From: an uncultured Gemmatimonadales bacterium
GTDB taxonomy: Bacteria; Gemmatimonadota; Gemmatimonadetes; Gemmatimonadales; GWC2-71-9
DNA length: 46,866 nucleotides
NCBI GenBank assembly: GCA_963844035.1
Contig: CAWJMT010000034.1
Span: forward strand, 1-46,866
Direction: 5' to 3'
Made by a program: the position numbers and the translations under genes. This document shows, one piece after another, positions 11,601-23,674 of the stretch. The notes under the pieces were generated by a model. That model was not told the DNA's origin, ran no database searches, and saw only the letters and a list, made by a program, of their open reading frames with translations. The stretch's first letter is position 1, and each line of letters opens with the position of its first letter.

Positions 11601-14600
11601 ACCTTGCAGCCGCGGCTGGAAGTGTCCCATTCGATCGGAATGGGAATTCCGTCGAGCGATGCGTTCGCGGACCAATCGGCCTCGCGTTTCGCGAGCGGCA
11701 GTTCGACGGCAGCATCCCGGGCGAAAGTTTCAATTTCGCACGCCAGCTTCCAGCTCCCGGCCCGCAGTCCGGCTTGTTCCTGTCGCGGAACGAGCTCACC
11801 GTCGCAGCGCATGTCCGTGATGAGCCAGGTGCGGTCTGTGGGAGTTTTCGCCGCGGCGCCAATTAGATGGCGGAGGAAATCGGTGCTGACGAAGTATTTG
11901 GTGCTTGCAGGTTTGCCGGCGGAATCGACTGGAATGAGCACGCGTTCGATGGCAGCGGATGGCTGTGCCGCATGGGCCGAAGCTGAGACGACGACAAAGA
12001 GTGTGGCCAAGAGCGCCACCGCTGGCCGACTTTTGTCGATCAATCTCCGCGACCATTGCCAAAGCAACGCCGCGACGAAGCCCAGCGTTGCGGCCGTGGC
12101 CCAGGGGACGTACAGCACCGGCAGGAACAGACTGCATGCTGCTGCTGCGAGCGAGAACAGGACGACCGTCAGTCTGCGCAGACCGCACAGCGGCACGCCG
12201 AAGGCGCAAACGAGAAAGATGGCCAGTGCCACAGCAGCGGTCGCCGGTCGATGTGCCAGCGTGATCGCGGCCGGCGGCCCAGCGACAAAATCGACGCGAA
12301 ATGAATCCCAGCCGGTTGGCAGCGGCGGTTCACTATTAGTCGAATTCGTTTGGGCCTGGGCAGGTGTCGTCACCGCGCGGCTCAGATCGGCCCACAGCAG
12401 ATTCCAAGCCTGTCCATTCAGTGGGTTAAACCGGCGGTTGCTCTGCAGACGAGCCAGCGGCCCGAAAAGACGCTGGCGCCAGTCGAGTCGCGTCGTAGTC
12501 GAACCATCGGTTGCGTCGATCACCGCAAATCCATGCGGTAAGGAAATCGACCACTGGCCGTCGAGAATCGTCAGTGGTCCGGTCGGCAGCGGCGATGGCA
12601 ATTGATCGCCGCCGACCAAGAGTGGATATCGGCTGGAAAGTTCCAAGTCCAACACTGACTCGGGCCGCCAAGAGGACAACGGAACCGTGATTTTCTCTTG
12701 CCGTTTGTTGCCCACCGGTTGGCCGTCGAGGCGTGCCGCTTCGAGCCGCACATCTCGCGGCAGCGTCAACTCGAGTGAGTTAGCTCCTAGATTCTGCAAT
12801 TGATAGGACACATGGTGCACACCGCCACCATCGGCTGAGAAGCGCGACTCGATGTCGACGTGGGTGGCCAGCACATGCGTGTCGTCGGGATCGGCGGGCG
12901 GAGGCCCGATCCACAATTCGGCCGCACGATCGGCGTCGTAAAAGCGGGCGGGCTGAAAGCGATAGACGGCACGGATGGCCAGCGTCGGATCGCCGACCGC
13001 CGAGTTCAGGAGGGCAATCGGCAGCGGTGCTGGCGACATGCGCTGTGCCACAATCGTCGGCAATTCGGCGCCACCGCTGGCGACGATGACACGGCCCCGC
13101 TGCATGTTCGCGTCCGGAAGCGAGACAAGCGGCACGCGGCGGCGGCCGGTCCACGGCGTCGACCAGGTTGCGTAGAGCGCGACCGGACGAACGTACAAGC
13201 GGCGCATGTCGAGCAACCAGAGTTCGCCGCCCCGCGGCAGTCCGGGGAGTCGCGGATCACTCGAGGGCAACCGCTGCGCTACGAGCGGCTCATCGGAAAG
13301 GGCTTCGAACCAACGGAGCGGTTCCGGCAGCCGGCTCCGAAAGAAAGACCAGGACATGGTCGATGCCGCTGCCGCGCGGACGACACTCGACGCGATAGGT
13401 TTGCTGCAGACGACCTTGGCACAAGGCGGAGTCGAGCTGAACGGTCGCGTCGTAGGCGCCTTTTTTCGGCGCGAGCCGGATGGCCGCATCGGGAGTATTT
13501 GCGGCCAAATCACAGAATCGCCCCGAGATCAGATCGCGAAACGACGAGCGCTCCGGCGCGGTCAAGCCATTGGTCGCGAGAAATTGCAACTCGCCTGATG
13601 GTTCCAGGTCAAATTGTTCTGCTGCCCGCAACTGGATCAGATTTCGCGTGACCGACAGGCCGCGCCATGCGAGCGGTTTTAGTTCGGTGAGGGGCAGCGG
13701 CTCGAGCGACGCGGTGCGTTCGAGACTTCCCGTAACCACAACGCGGACTGGCGCACTAGACGTGACGGCACGATTCAACTGCAACTCGATCGTTTGCGGT
13801 TGATCTTCTCGATCGACGTACCACTCACCGAGCGCGGTGGCCGGGACTGTTTCCACGGCGTCGATGGTCCAGCCCGGCTGCACGTCGGCCCTCAACTGAT
13901 GCAACGTGCCGCGTTCGACGCTGACGTCGGCAACCAGGTGGCCGGCGACGTTCGGATTGCCAACGTCGAGCGTGGTGCCCATGGCCACGCGGCCAACGAC
14001 CGGTCGATGGGCGAACACAACCTCCACGGCTGCGGACCGAGTAAACGCAGCGAAAGTCAATCTCCGGCTTGTTTCGCTCACCGCTACACCGGCGTCGGCA
14101 GCCGTCTGAACGCAATCGATGGGGGCCAGTTTGTTGAGTTCCAGCGAGTCGTCGAGCGTGAGTTGGATGTTACCGGACGTCCAAAACGCGTCGTCGACGG
14201 CGAGCATTGGCAATCGCAGCGGCTCGCCCACGGAATGTGATCGCCAAGCCTGCAGAGTTACGGTCGTTTGCCGGTTCGATGGGTCATGTGGCATTTGAAT
14301 CGTCACCCTGGCGGGGTCCGCGGCCTTGTCCGCCGCCGTGGTGTGCCATGTCAGTTGCTGGTCGCCGATGGCGGCTTCGATCAATTGCCAATCGGCGGGC
14401 AAGGCAACGACCAACTGCTTACCCGCGGATGTTACATCCGCCAATCGCAGATCTGCCTGTAGTTCGACGCCGCGTTTACTGACGACGTAATTTAAGTCCT
14501 CACGAAGTGCGGTCGCAAACGACGCCTTTTTCGGAGCGGCAGCCGCATCTTCGTATCGCAATACGGCCGACGCCGCCGGACGCAGCACGAACTCCCAGCG

Positions 14601-15278
14601 TCCCCCGTTTTCCGGCTGAGGCGGCGATTCGCGCAATAAGCCACCGTCGAGCACGGGACGTCGGCCGGACGGCATATTGAGCACAAATTCGGTGCGTGCC
14701 GCGACAGGCATTCGTATAGGAAACTCCGGTGAGCGCGGAGCGGTTGCCGCAGCCGTCAGCTGCCAGTCAAATTCGAGCTCGCCAGAGCTAGGCACTTCGA
14801 GCGCGTAGTTGAGCGATCCACCGTCGCCCGCAGGCCACCAACCAAGACGTGCCGGCTCCGCCGGAGCACCGCGCCAGCGGGCGTTGTGAAAAGCGAACGA
14901 CGTATTTGCTAATGGAATGAGTGCCGGCTGATTGCCGCGAAGTTCAACCTGCCAACTTCCCCGACCGCCCACAAGCTCACACTCATCGAGCTCGTTGTCC
15001 ACGAGCCGTGCCTCGTATCGAGCTTCGGTGATGTTTGCCGTGGATGGAGGCTCGTTGGCTGCCGCGACCCAGGCGTCAAAATCGCGCGATTCGACGGGCA
15101 AAAATGCCGTATCTTCCCGCGGCCAGGTCGAAGGGCTGTCGGCGGGAACAAGGATGCGGCGATAGGCGATCGGCGATTCGCCCGCTGCTGCGACACTCGC
15201 CAGAAGTGCCAGGAGTCCGAGCACGATCGCACGCGCCACCTGTTGCGAATCGATGACAATGGAATCGCGTAGCGTCAT
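8606..15278 (-). CDS. Giant (~2,200 aa) exported/membrane protein of unknown function (frameshifted)
   Basis: Overlapping same-strand ORFs 13290-15278, 9473-13513, 8922-9653 and 8606-9259. Signal peptide, a TM cluster near 12.0-12.25 kb, C-terminal TM helices. ATG overlaps the upstream stop. Confidence 0.7.
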
Positions 15279-18200
15279 CGGTCGACTTCCGGGAGGACGA
15301 CGAGTGGGGCGGTCGGCGTCCCGCTCGTCGACTGGGCAAGCGGTGGCGCGAGGTAAGGATCGGTACGGAGCGAGGAGCGCCTACGCACATTGGTGCTGCC
15401 GGTCGTTGCACTCTGGCGTGGAACCACGCGAGAACTCGTCCAATGCCGAAGTGCCAAGGCGACGGCCGCCAACACGACGCCAAGCACCGACGCCTGTCCG
15501 ACCAGCACCGCGGCCTCGGGATACGAGATCGCCAAACCGGCAATAATCGCGGCCATTAGAAGCGCAATCCAGCCCCGGCGCGCGAGCGGTACGTACATCC
15601 AGAGACTTGCGATTGCCAGCACGGCGCTCGAGGCCACGAGCACGATCAGCCAGCGCGGCGCCGTGAGCAATTCGATCGAAGAAGCGGGCGAGAGTCCGCC
15701 GAATAGATATGCGTTTTGAGTCGTCGCTGGCCCGAGCTGGCTGGCTGGCGCCGGCCCAGGTTTCCAAATCGGACTGCGGCCTGGTCGCGGCTCGTCCCGA
15801 AAAAACTTCCAGCCATTGCCGTGGATCGACGGGATCTAGCTGAGCCGGCGTCTGAACAATATGCCGATCGCCGGGTAACACGATCTGCCAATAGATCTCG
15901 CTCAACGTGGAGGTGCCGACCAGTTGCGGCGGAGTCAGTGCGTGACGGGTGAGGAGTCCGATCGGAGCGGGTCGCCGATAACGAAGCTCCAAAGTGTGCG
16001 AGACAGCGGATTTGCCCGTCGTGTCAGGCTTTGGGAGTTCGACGGTCAAACGGCCTTCCTGTCGCTGAACCACCCGAGCCAGTTCACCGTCGATTAAGAT
16101 CTCGACATCGTGAGCGGAGGCAAGAGGCGGCAACTCGATGACGACTTCGGTGCTCGCTGTGCGGAATTTGATCGCCGCGCGGTCTTGAATTGTGCTGCCG
16201 GCTTGCCATGTTTGCAGCCAAACGCGCTGGACGGTCGTATCCTGCGGCTGGTCGCGCGGCGCCGCTGCGACGATCAGCGGCAGAACTTCGACTGGTGCGG
16301 TTGATATTAACGACAGCGCAGACGTTGATTCCGCATCGATGCGTGGCTGCCAGGTCGAGTTGGCAGACGTGTCGAGAGCAATGGCCACATTCGGAACGGC
16401 GGTCACCGCGACGCGATGGGCGACGACTCGTGCGGTCGCCGGTCGGGGCAGCGACAATTGATTCTTGCCGAATTGAAGCGCTCCAGTCGTTTCATCGACC
16501 TGATACGTGACGCGAACTTGGAACTGCCCGAGACGTGGTTGCGGCAGCACCGCTCGCGCGATGCGAGCAGGTTGTCTGGGCTCGGTCCGTACGGGCAACA
16601 AGACTCGGTCTCGGCGCCGGGAGCGGAGGTCGAGATGGCGATTTGATCGCCGACAACCGACCAGCCGTCGGGCAGCTCGAGCGCCAATTCCGCAAGCGGC
16701 TGATACTTGACGCTGTAGGCGACGACCTGTGTTACCTGAAGTCGCTGCCAGTCGACGGTGAGTTGCGTGTCGACTTCGGCTGTCGAGTCGCGCGGGCGAA
16801 GAGAACGCTCGGCGGCAAAAATTGCACCGGGAACGTCCGCTTGAAAATAGAACGACTGCTTTCCATCCGCGGCTGCCCGAATCGTATCCTGGTCGGTGAC
16901 CGGGGTGGGCGACAGACCGCGCGACACCGACATGTTTGGCGACAGCTCGATCGCCGCATCGGCATCGACGACGAGCTGGGCGACTGCCACGGTGTCGGCC
17001 ACGGGAACCGGCAGCGGCAGTTTGAGCGTCGACGCGCTGCGGTCGAGCGAACGACGAAGGGTGAAGTCAATTGCCGCTCGCCGCGACGACGCCTGGGCGA
17101 GCGGCAATTCGAGCACGCCGTCATGCGAAACCAGTACGCGATCGCGATCCACCAGCCCGTTCGATTCGATCGGTTCCGCCGTCAATTCCCAGCCGGCAAG
17201 CTGAACGCGGAAATCGAACGCCCGCGCGCCGGGGACCTGATAGTCGAGGTGCACGTGGAGCCGCGCTTCGTCCGGACCCAATTCGAGCCGGTAAATGGGG
17301 GTGACGTGGATCACCATTGGGCGCATGACCAGCTGCGCGTGCATCGACCACGGCTGGCGGTCGTACTGGAACGCGACGGACGGCTGCGCGTCGCGCAGCG
17401 CGGACGGCAAATCGGCCCGTTCGACCTGGCGGACGTAGGGCCCATTTTCCCAGCGCAGTTGCCAATCGTCCGCGACGGAGATGGCGACATCGCCGAATTG
17501 ACGGACGGCCCCGAGGACGGCGAAACCGGCAAGTTGTACGGCCCGTTCCGCGGTGGGCAAGCCGAGCGGTTGTTCCGTCGATAGATCGACTTCGACTGGC
17601 CCCAATTGTTTCCGTGCGAGTTCGACCGTGACGATTTGCGATCCGTCGTCGCTCGGCGAAGACACGTCAGCGGGCAGCAATCGATAGCCGGGTGCGGCGG
17701 TTCCCGGCTCCGCTGGACGATCTTGAACTAACTGCGCTCCGGGAGGCAGGCGGACGCGGAATCGATCGAAGGACCCGCCGTAGCTGTGGACGGTCAGATG
17801 CGCGTCGGACCGAATGCTGTGGCCATCGATGGTGACGGCGACGGCTCCCGTGGCGCTGAGCACGGTCGAGAGTTCGGGCCGTTCGTCGACGGGTGTGCTC
17901 CAACTCATTCGAAAGTCGCCGCTGGGGCCCGTGACTTTGAGCCGCGTGCCGCCGCCATTCGTGGACTGCGTCTCCACGAGTCCGCCGGGCGTGGCCGCGT
18001 CGACGACGGGCTTCGGGACGCTGAACGAAAGCTGGCTGACGAGCGCACGTGGAAGATTCAACGCGAGGTTCATTTCGTTTCCATTGCGCACCAAGGGCCG
18101 CAGAATCTTAAATGTCAGTTGATGACGTTGACCGGCCACGCCGTCGATCCAGACGACGTATCCGCCTGACTGCGGCTCGTAGCTCACCAGCAATTGGTTC

Positions 18201-18645
18201 GCCGCGGCTGGAGCTGCCGCTTCGAGTTGCTTGAAGCGCGGCGGTTGCAGCAAGATTGCATCGGCCATTCCGAGCGGTACTTTGAGCGTGCCGTTGACAC
18301 GCGATTGAATGTTTAGCTCGACGTCGAGCTCCGCATGATCGTCGCGGGCATTGCCGGCAATGCGGAGCTCGTCGATTGTGAATCGAGGCTCCGCACTATT
18401 GGCCTCGACGTTTTGGAGCTTCTTCCAGGCGGCCACGAACTCTTCATAACTCATGCCCAGCACAGGCTGCGGCCGGCCCTGCGCGTCGAGGAGCAGGTAG
18501 GTGTCGGGACCGACGTATTCGATTTTGCCTTCGACTTTGGGAGGTTCGGTCGGCGCCGGAGTCTCGCCGGTGGCCCGCGCCAGAGACCGGCGGAGAATAT
18601 CGGCACGAGGATCGCGAGCAGGATTGAGTGCCGGCGGTGATTCAT
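15275..18645 (-). CDS. Large (~1,120 aa) exported protein with C-terminal TM helices (frameshifted)
   Basis: ORFs 16403-18664, 15381-16601 and 15275-15670 chain together. Probable true start MNHRRHSILLAILVPIFSAGL at 18645 gives a signal peptide. Confidence 0.7.
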
Positions 18646-18733
18646 GGCATCCGACGAGCGGCAAGAAACGTGAAAGCTGCCACGATCAGGCGAAGAGAAG
18701 GATGGGCATTTGGCGAAGCGGGTTACCGCCCGG

Positions 18734-19903
18734 TTCCGTACCTGCACGGCTTCAAGGCAGAAGGCCAGCGGGCCCGAACACGATCGAGTACAAGATCGGC
18801 GAGATCTTCGGCGAGATCAAGAACAAGATCCAGAGCGGCTACAACCTGCGCGAGATCATCGACCACATCGACGAGCTGCGCTTCCGCTCGCAGGCCGAGA
18901 AGCACGAGCTCTCGCACCTCTACGAGGCCAAGATCCGCAACATGGGCAACGCCGGGCGCAACGGCGGCGAGTACTACACGCCGCGCCCGCTGATCCGCGC
19001 CATCGTCCAGGTCGTGGAGCCCAAGATCGGCGAGACGCATCTACGACGGCGCCGTCGGCTCGGCGGGCTTCCTCTGCGAGGCCTACGACTACCTGAAGGC
19101 GCGAACCCCGAGCTCACCACCGAGCGAGGACCGCGACCCTCCAGGAGCGCACCTTCTACGGCAAGGAGAAGAAGTCGCTCGCCTACGTCATCGCGATCAT
19201 GAACATGATCCTGCACGGCATCGAGGCGCCGAACATCCTGCACACCAACACGCTCACCGAGAACCTCGCCGACGTCCAGGAGAAGGACCGCTACGACGTG
19301 GTGCTCGCCAATCCGCCCTTCGGCGGCAAGGAGCGCAAGGAGGTCCAGCAGAACTTCCCGATCCGCACCGGCGAGACCGCCTTCCTCTTCCTCCAGCACT
19401 TCATCAAGATGCTCAAGGCCGGCGGGCGCGGCGGCGTGGTCATCAAGAACACCTTCCTCTCGCAACACCGACAACGCCTCGGTGAGCCTGCGCAAGCTGC
19501 TGCTGGAGAGCTGCAACCTGCACACCGTGCTCGACTGCCCGAGCGGCACGTTCCAGGGCGCGGGCGTGAAGACCGTGGTGCTGTTCTTCGAGAAGGGCGC
19601 GCCCACGCGCAAGGTCTGGTACTACCAGCTCGACCCCGGCCGCAACCTCGGCAAGACCAACCCGCTGAACGACGACGACCTCGCCGAGTTCGTCGAGCTG
19701 CAGAAGACCATGGCCGACTCGCCCAAGAGCTGGAGCGTGGACGCCGCCGACATCGACCAGACGACCTTCGACCTCTCGGTGAAGAACCCCGAACGGCGGC
19801 GAGGAGGTCGTGCACCGCAGCCCGCAGGAGATCATGGACGAGATCGCGGCGCTGGATGCCGAGAGCGCGGAGGTGCTGGCGAGCGATCAGGGCGCTGCTG
19901 TGA
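18734..19903 (+). CDS. hsdM: Type I R-M methyltransferase subunit, 5'-truncated and frameshifted
   Basis: Begins abruptly at FPYLHGFK. Contains GEYYTPRPLI, motif I YDGAVGSAGFL and motif IV VVLANPPFGG. Confidence 0.92.
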
Positions 19904-21105
19904 AGAACGGGTGGCAGACAAGGACGCTCGGCGAAGCTCTGCGACGATCGAACTGGCGGAACGCCGAGACGAGCGTCACGACGCTCGTGGCGGACGGCAT
20001 GCCTGTATCACATCGGCGAATGGCAGCTCGAGCGAGACGTCGTCGACGACGAGCGGACATCTCGCTGACGGAGGCAGCTTCACGTACGTCGCCGACGGTG
20101 ACGACATGCTCGGCGATCATCTCGCTCGCGTGCGACCATCGGGCAAGCTCGCGATCTGCACCAAGCGATGGCGATCAGTCGGCTGCAGCGATCTCGTCGT
20201 CGACCAGCGGACTCGACGCACGAGTTCCTGTTCTACTTCCTGCACAGCATTCGATCGAGCATGCTCGACGCATCTGGCACGAGGGCGACGACCGGCAGCG
20301 TCGATCAGGCGAAGCTCATCGAGCAGACTTCCAGATCCCGTTCCGCCGCTCCCCGAGCAGCAGCGGATCGTCGGCATCCTCGACGAAGCGTTCGAGGGCA
20401 TCGCCACCGCCAAGGCCAACGCCGAGAAGAACCTCCAGAACGCCCGCGCGCTCTTCGAGAGCCACCTCCAAGTCCGTCTTCACCGAGCGCGGCGAGGGAT
20501 GGGTGGAGAAGCCGCTCGGCGACGTCTGCGACGATCATCGACGGATCGGCGTCACGATCAGCCACGAGCAAGATCGCGCCACGATGGCGTCGCCGTTCAT
20601 CACGGTCGACAACATCGTCGGCGATCGACGATTGACTTCGTGGACACGTCGACGATCGACGCGAGCACTTCGACGCTCGAGACTGACGCGAAGCCGTCTG
20701 ACGAGGCGACGTCCTGCTCACGCGTGACTCGGTCGTATCGGACGATGCCGATCTGCGGTCGACGAGCTGACGGCGCGATGCTGCTTCCGACAGCACATCG
20801 GATCGTCCGCTCAGAGCCGAGCGATCGATCAGCGCAGTTCCTCGAGTACCTGCGCTTCGTCAGTCGTCAAGGCCGACGTGCAGGCACTGGCACGGGCAGC
20901 CGCACAGCCGAACATCAACGGCAGACGCTTCAAGGCTTCGATGTCCCGATTCCGCCGCTCGACGGAGCAGGCAGCGATCGTCGACGAGCTCGACGCGCCT
21001 CGCGACGAGACCCAGCGCCTCGAATCCATCTACCAGCGCAAGCTCGCCGCGCTGGAGGCGTTGAAGAAGTCGCTGCTCCACCAAGCCTTCACCGGCCAAC
21101 TCTGA
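19900..21105 (+). CDS. hsdS: Type I R-M specificity subunit (TRD regions unreadable)
   Basis: GTGA overlap with hsdM. Conserved spacers PPLPEQQRIVGILDEAFEGIATAKANAEKNLQNARALFES and EQAAIVDELD...LKKSLLHQAFTGQL. Confidence 0.88.
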
Positions 21106-21118
21106 CGGACGCAGCCGC

Positions 21119-23573
21119 ATGAACGAAGCCGAGACCAGAGCCGAGCACATCGACCCCGCGCTCAAGGCGGCGGGCTGGGGCGTCGTCGAGGGCAGCCGCA
21201 TCCTGCGCGAGTACCCGATCACGCCGGGCCGCATCGAAGGCCACGGCCGGCGCGGCAAGCCGCTCACCGCCGACTACGTCCTCGTCTACCGCAACACCAA
21301 GCTGGCCGTGATCGAGGCCAAGGCGTGGGACAAGCCGCTGACCGAGGGCGTCGGCCAGGCCAAGGACTACGCCGACAAGCTGGCCGTCCGCTTCACCTAC
21401 GCCACCAACGGCCAGGGCATCTACGGCATCGACATGGAGACGGGCACGGAGGGCGAGCTGCCGCCGCTACCCCTCGCCCGACGAGCTCTGGGACGCTGAC
21501 CTTCGCCGAGGCGAACGCCTGGCGCGACCGCTTCGCCGCCGTGCCGTTCGAGGACAAGGGCGGCTCGCACCCGAGCCGCTACTACCAGGACATCGCCGTC
21601 GAGCGCGTGCATGGAGGCGATCGCCGCCGGGAAGCAGCGCATCCTGCTCACGCTGGCCACCGGCACCGGCAAGACCTTCATCGCCTTCCAGATCGCCTGG
21701 AAGCTCTTCCACAGCCGCTGGAACCTGAGCCGCGAGCCCACGCGCCGCCCGCGCATCCTCTTCCTCGCCGACCGCAACATCCTCGCCGACCAGGCCTACA
21801 ACGCCTTCTCCGCCTTCCCCGAGGACGCCATGGTGCGCATCAGCCCGGCGGACATCCGCAAGAAGGGCAAGGTGCCCAAGAACGGCAGCCTCTTCTTCAC
21901 CATCTTCCAGACCTTCATGAGCGGCCCGCCGAAGGACGGCGAGCCCTCGCCCTACTTCGGCGAGTACCCGCCCGACTTCTTCGACTTCATCGTCATCGAC
22001 GAGTGCCACCGCGGCGGCGCCAACGACGAGAGCAACTGGCGCGGCATCCTCGACTACTTCGCGCCGGCCGTGCAGCTCGGCCTGACCGCCACGCCCAAGC
22101 GCAAGGACAACGTCGACACCTACGCCTACTTCGGCGAGCCGGTCTACATCTACTCGCTCAAGGAGGGCATCAACGACGGCTTCCTCACGCCCTTCAAGGT
22201 GAAGCAGATCTCGACCACGCTCGACGAGTACGTCTACACGCCCGACGACACAGCTGGTCGAGGGCGAGATCGAGGCGGGCAAGATCTACGAGGAGGAGGA
22301 CTTCAACCGGATCATCGAGATCAAGGAGCGCGAGGCGCTACCGCGTGCAAGCTCTTCATGGAGCAGATCGACCAGCGCGAGAAGACGCTCGTCTTCTGCG
22401 CGACCCAGGACCACGCCCTGGCGGTGCGCGACCTCATCAACCAGATGAAGACGAGCAAGGACCCGCAACTACTGCCAGCGCGTCACCGCCAACGACGGCG
22501 AGCTCGGCGACCAGCACCTGCGCGACTTCCAGGACAACGAGAAGACGATCCCCACGATCCTCACCACCTCGCAGAAGCTCTCGACCGGCGTGGACGCCCG
22601 CAACATCCGCAACATCGTCCTGATGCGCCCGATCAACTCGATGATCGAGTTCAAGCAGATCATCGGGCGCGGCACGCGGCTCTACGACGGCAAGGACTAC
22701 TTCACGATCTACGACTTCGTGAAGGCGCACCACCACTTCAGCGACCCGGAGTGGGACGGCGAGCCGCTGGAGCCCGAGGCCTGCGAGATGTGCGGCAAGT
22801 ACCCTGCGAGTGCATCAAGGAGGTCTGCCCGAGTGCGGCGAGCGGCCGTGCGTCTGCCCCTGCCCGGACTGCGGCGAGCACCCCTGCGTGTGTCCGTGCC
22901 CGAAGTGCGGCAAGTACCCGTGCGAGTGCCCGTGCCGCAGTGCGGCGAGTGGCCGTGCGTCTGCGAGCGCAAGGGCAAGGCGCGGGTGAAGCTCGCCGAC
23001 GGCAAGGAGCGCACCATCCAGCACATGATGTGCACCACCTTCTGGCACCCCGACGGCACGCCGATGTCCGCCCAGCAGTTCATGGAGCTGCTGTTCGGCA
23101 AGCTGCCCGACTTCTTCAAGACGAGGCCGAGCTGCGCGCCCTCTGGAGCGAGCCGGACACGCGCAAGAAGCTGCTGCAGGGGCTCGCCGAGAAGGGCTTC
23201 GGCGGCGAGCAGCTCGCCGAGATGCAGAAGATCATCGACGCCGAGAAGAGCGACCTCTTCGACGTGCTCGCCCACGTGGCCTACGCGCTCCCGCCCGAGA
23301 CCCGCGAGGAGCGCGCCGCGCGCGCCAAGGTCGTCATCGCACGCCAGTTCAACGAGCAAGCAGCAGGCCTTCCTCGACTTCGTGCTCTCGCACTACGTCC
23401 GCGTGGGCGTGGAGGAGCTCGACCAGGAGAAGCTCACGCCGCTGCTCAGGCTGCAGCTACCACGACTCCATCGCCGACGCCGTCGCCGACCTCGGCGACG
23501 CGACGACATCGGCCGCATCTTCGCCGGCTTCCAGAAGTACCTGTATCAGCCGCAGCCGTCAGCTGCGGCGTAG
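21119..23573 (+). CDS. hsdR: Type I R-M restriction subunit, EcoAI/EcoEI-like (frameshifted)
   Basis: MNEAETRAEHIDP, ADYVL...VIEAK nuclease motif, LATGTGKT, IDECH, GLTATP, FKQIIGRGTR, C-terminal GFQKYLY. Confidence 0.93.
22782..22964 (+). repeat. Five tandem CxxCGxxPCxC repeats inside hsdR (mostly 36-nt period)
   Basis: With three single-C deletions corrected: CEMCGKYPCEC, CPECGERPCVC, CPDCGEHPCVC, CPKCGKYPCEC, CPQCGEWPCVC. Confidence 0.85.
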
Positions 23574-23674
23574 CATGGACGCACTGGCGATCCACTGCTA
23601 GGACGCAGTGCAAGGGTGTGCTAGACGAGCGCGTTGGCCGCAGTGTGATTTGGAGGCGCTTCCGAGGAGGAGCC

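Noticed and set aside
19482..21122. 546-aa HsdM-HsdS fusion ORF
   Set aside because: Frameshift artefact; the normal GTGA stop/start overlap is present at 19900-19903.
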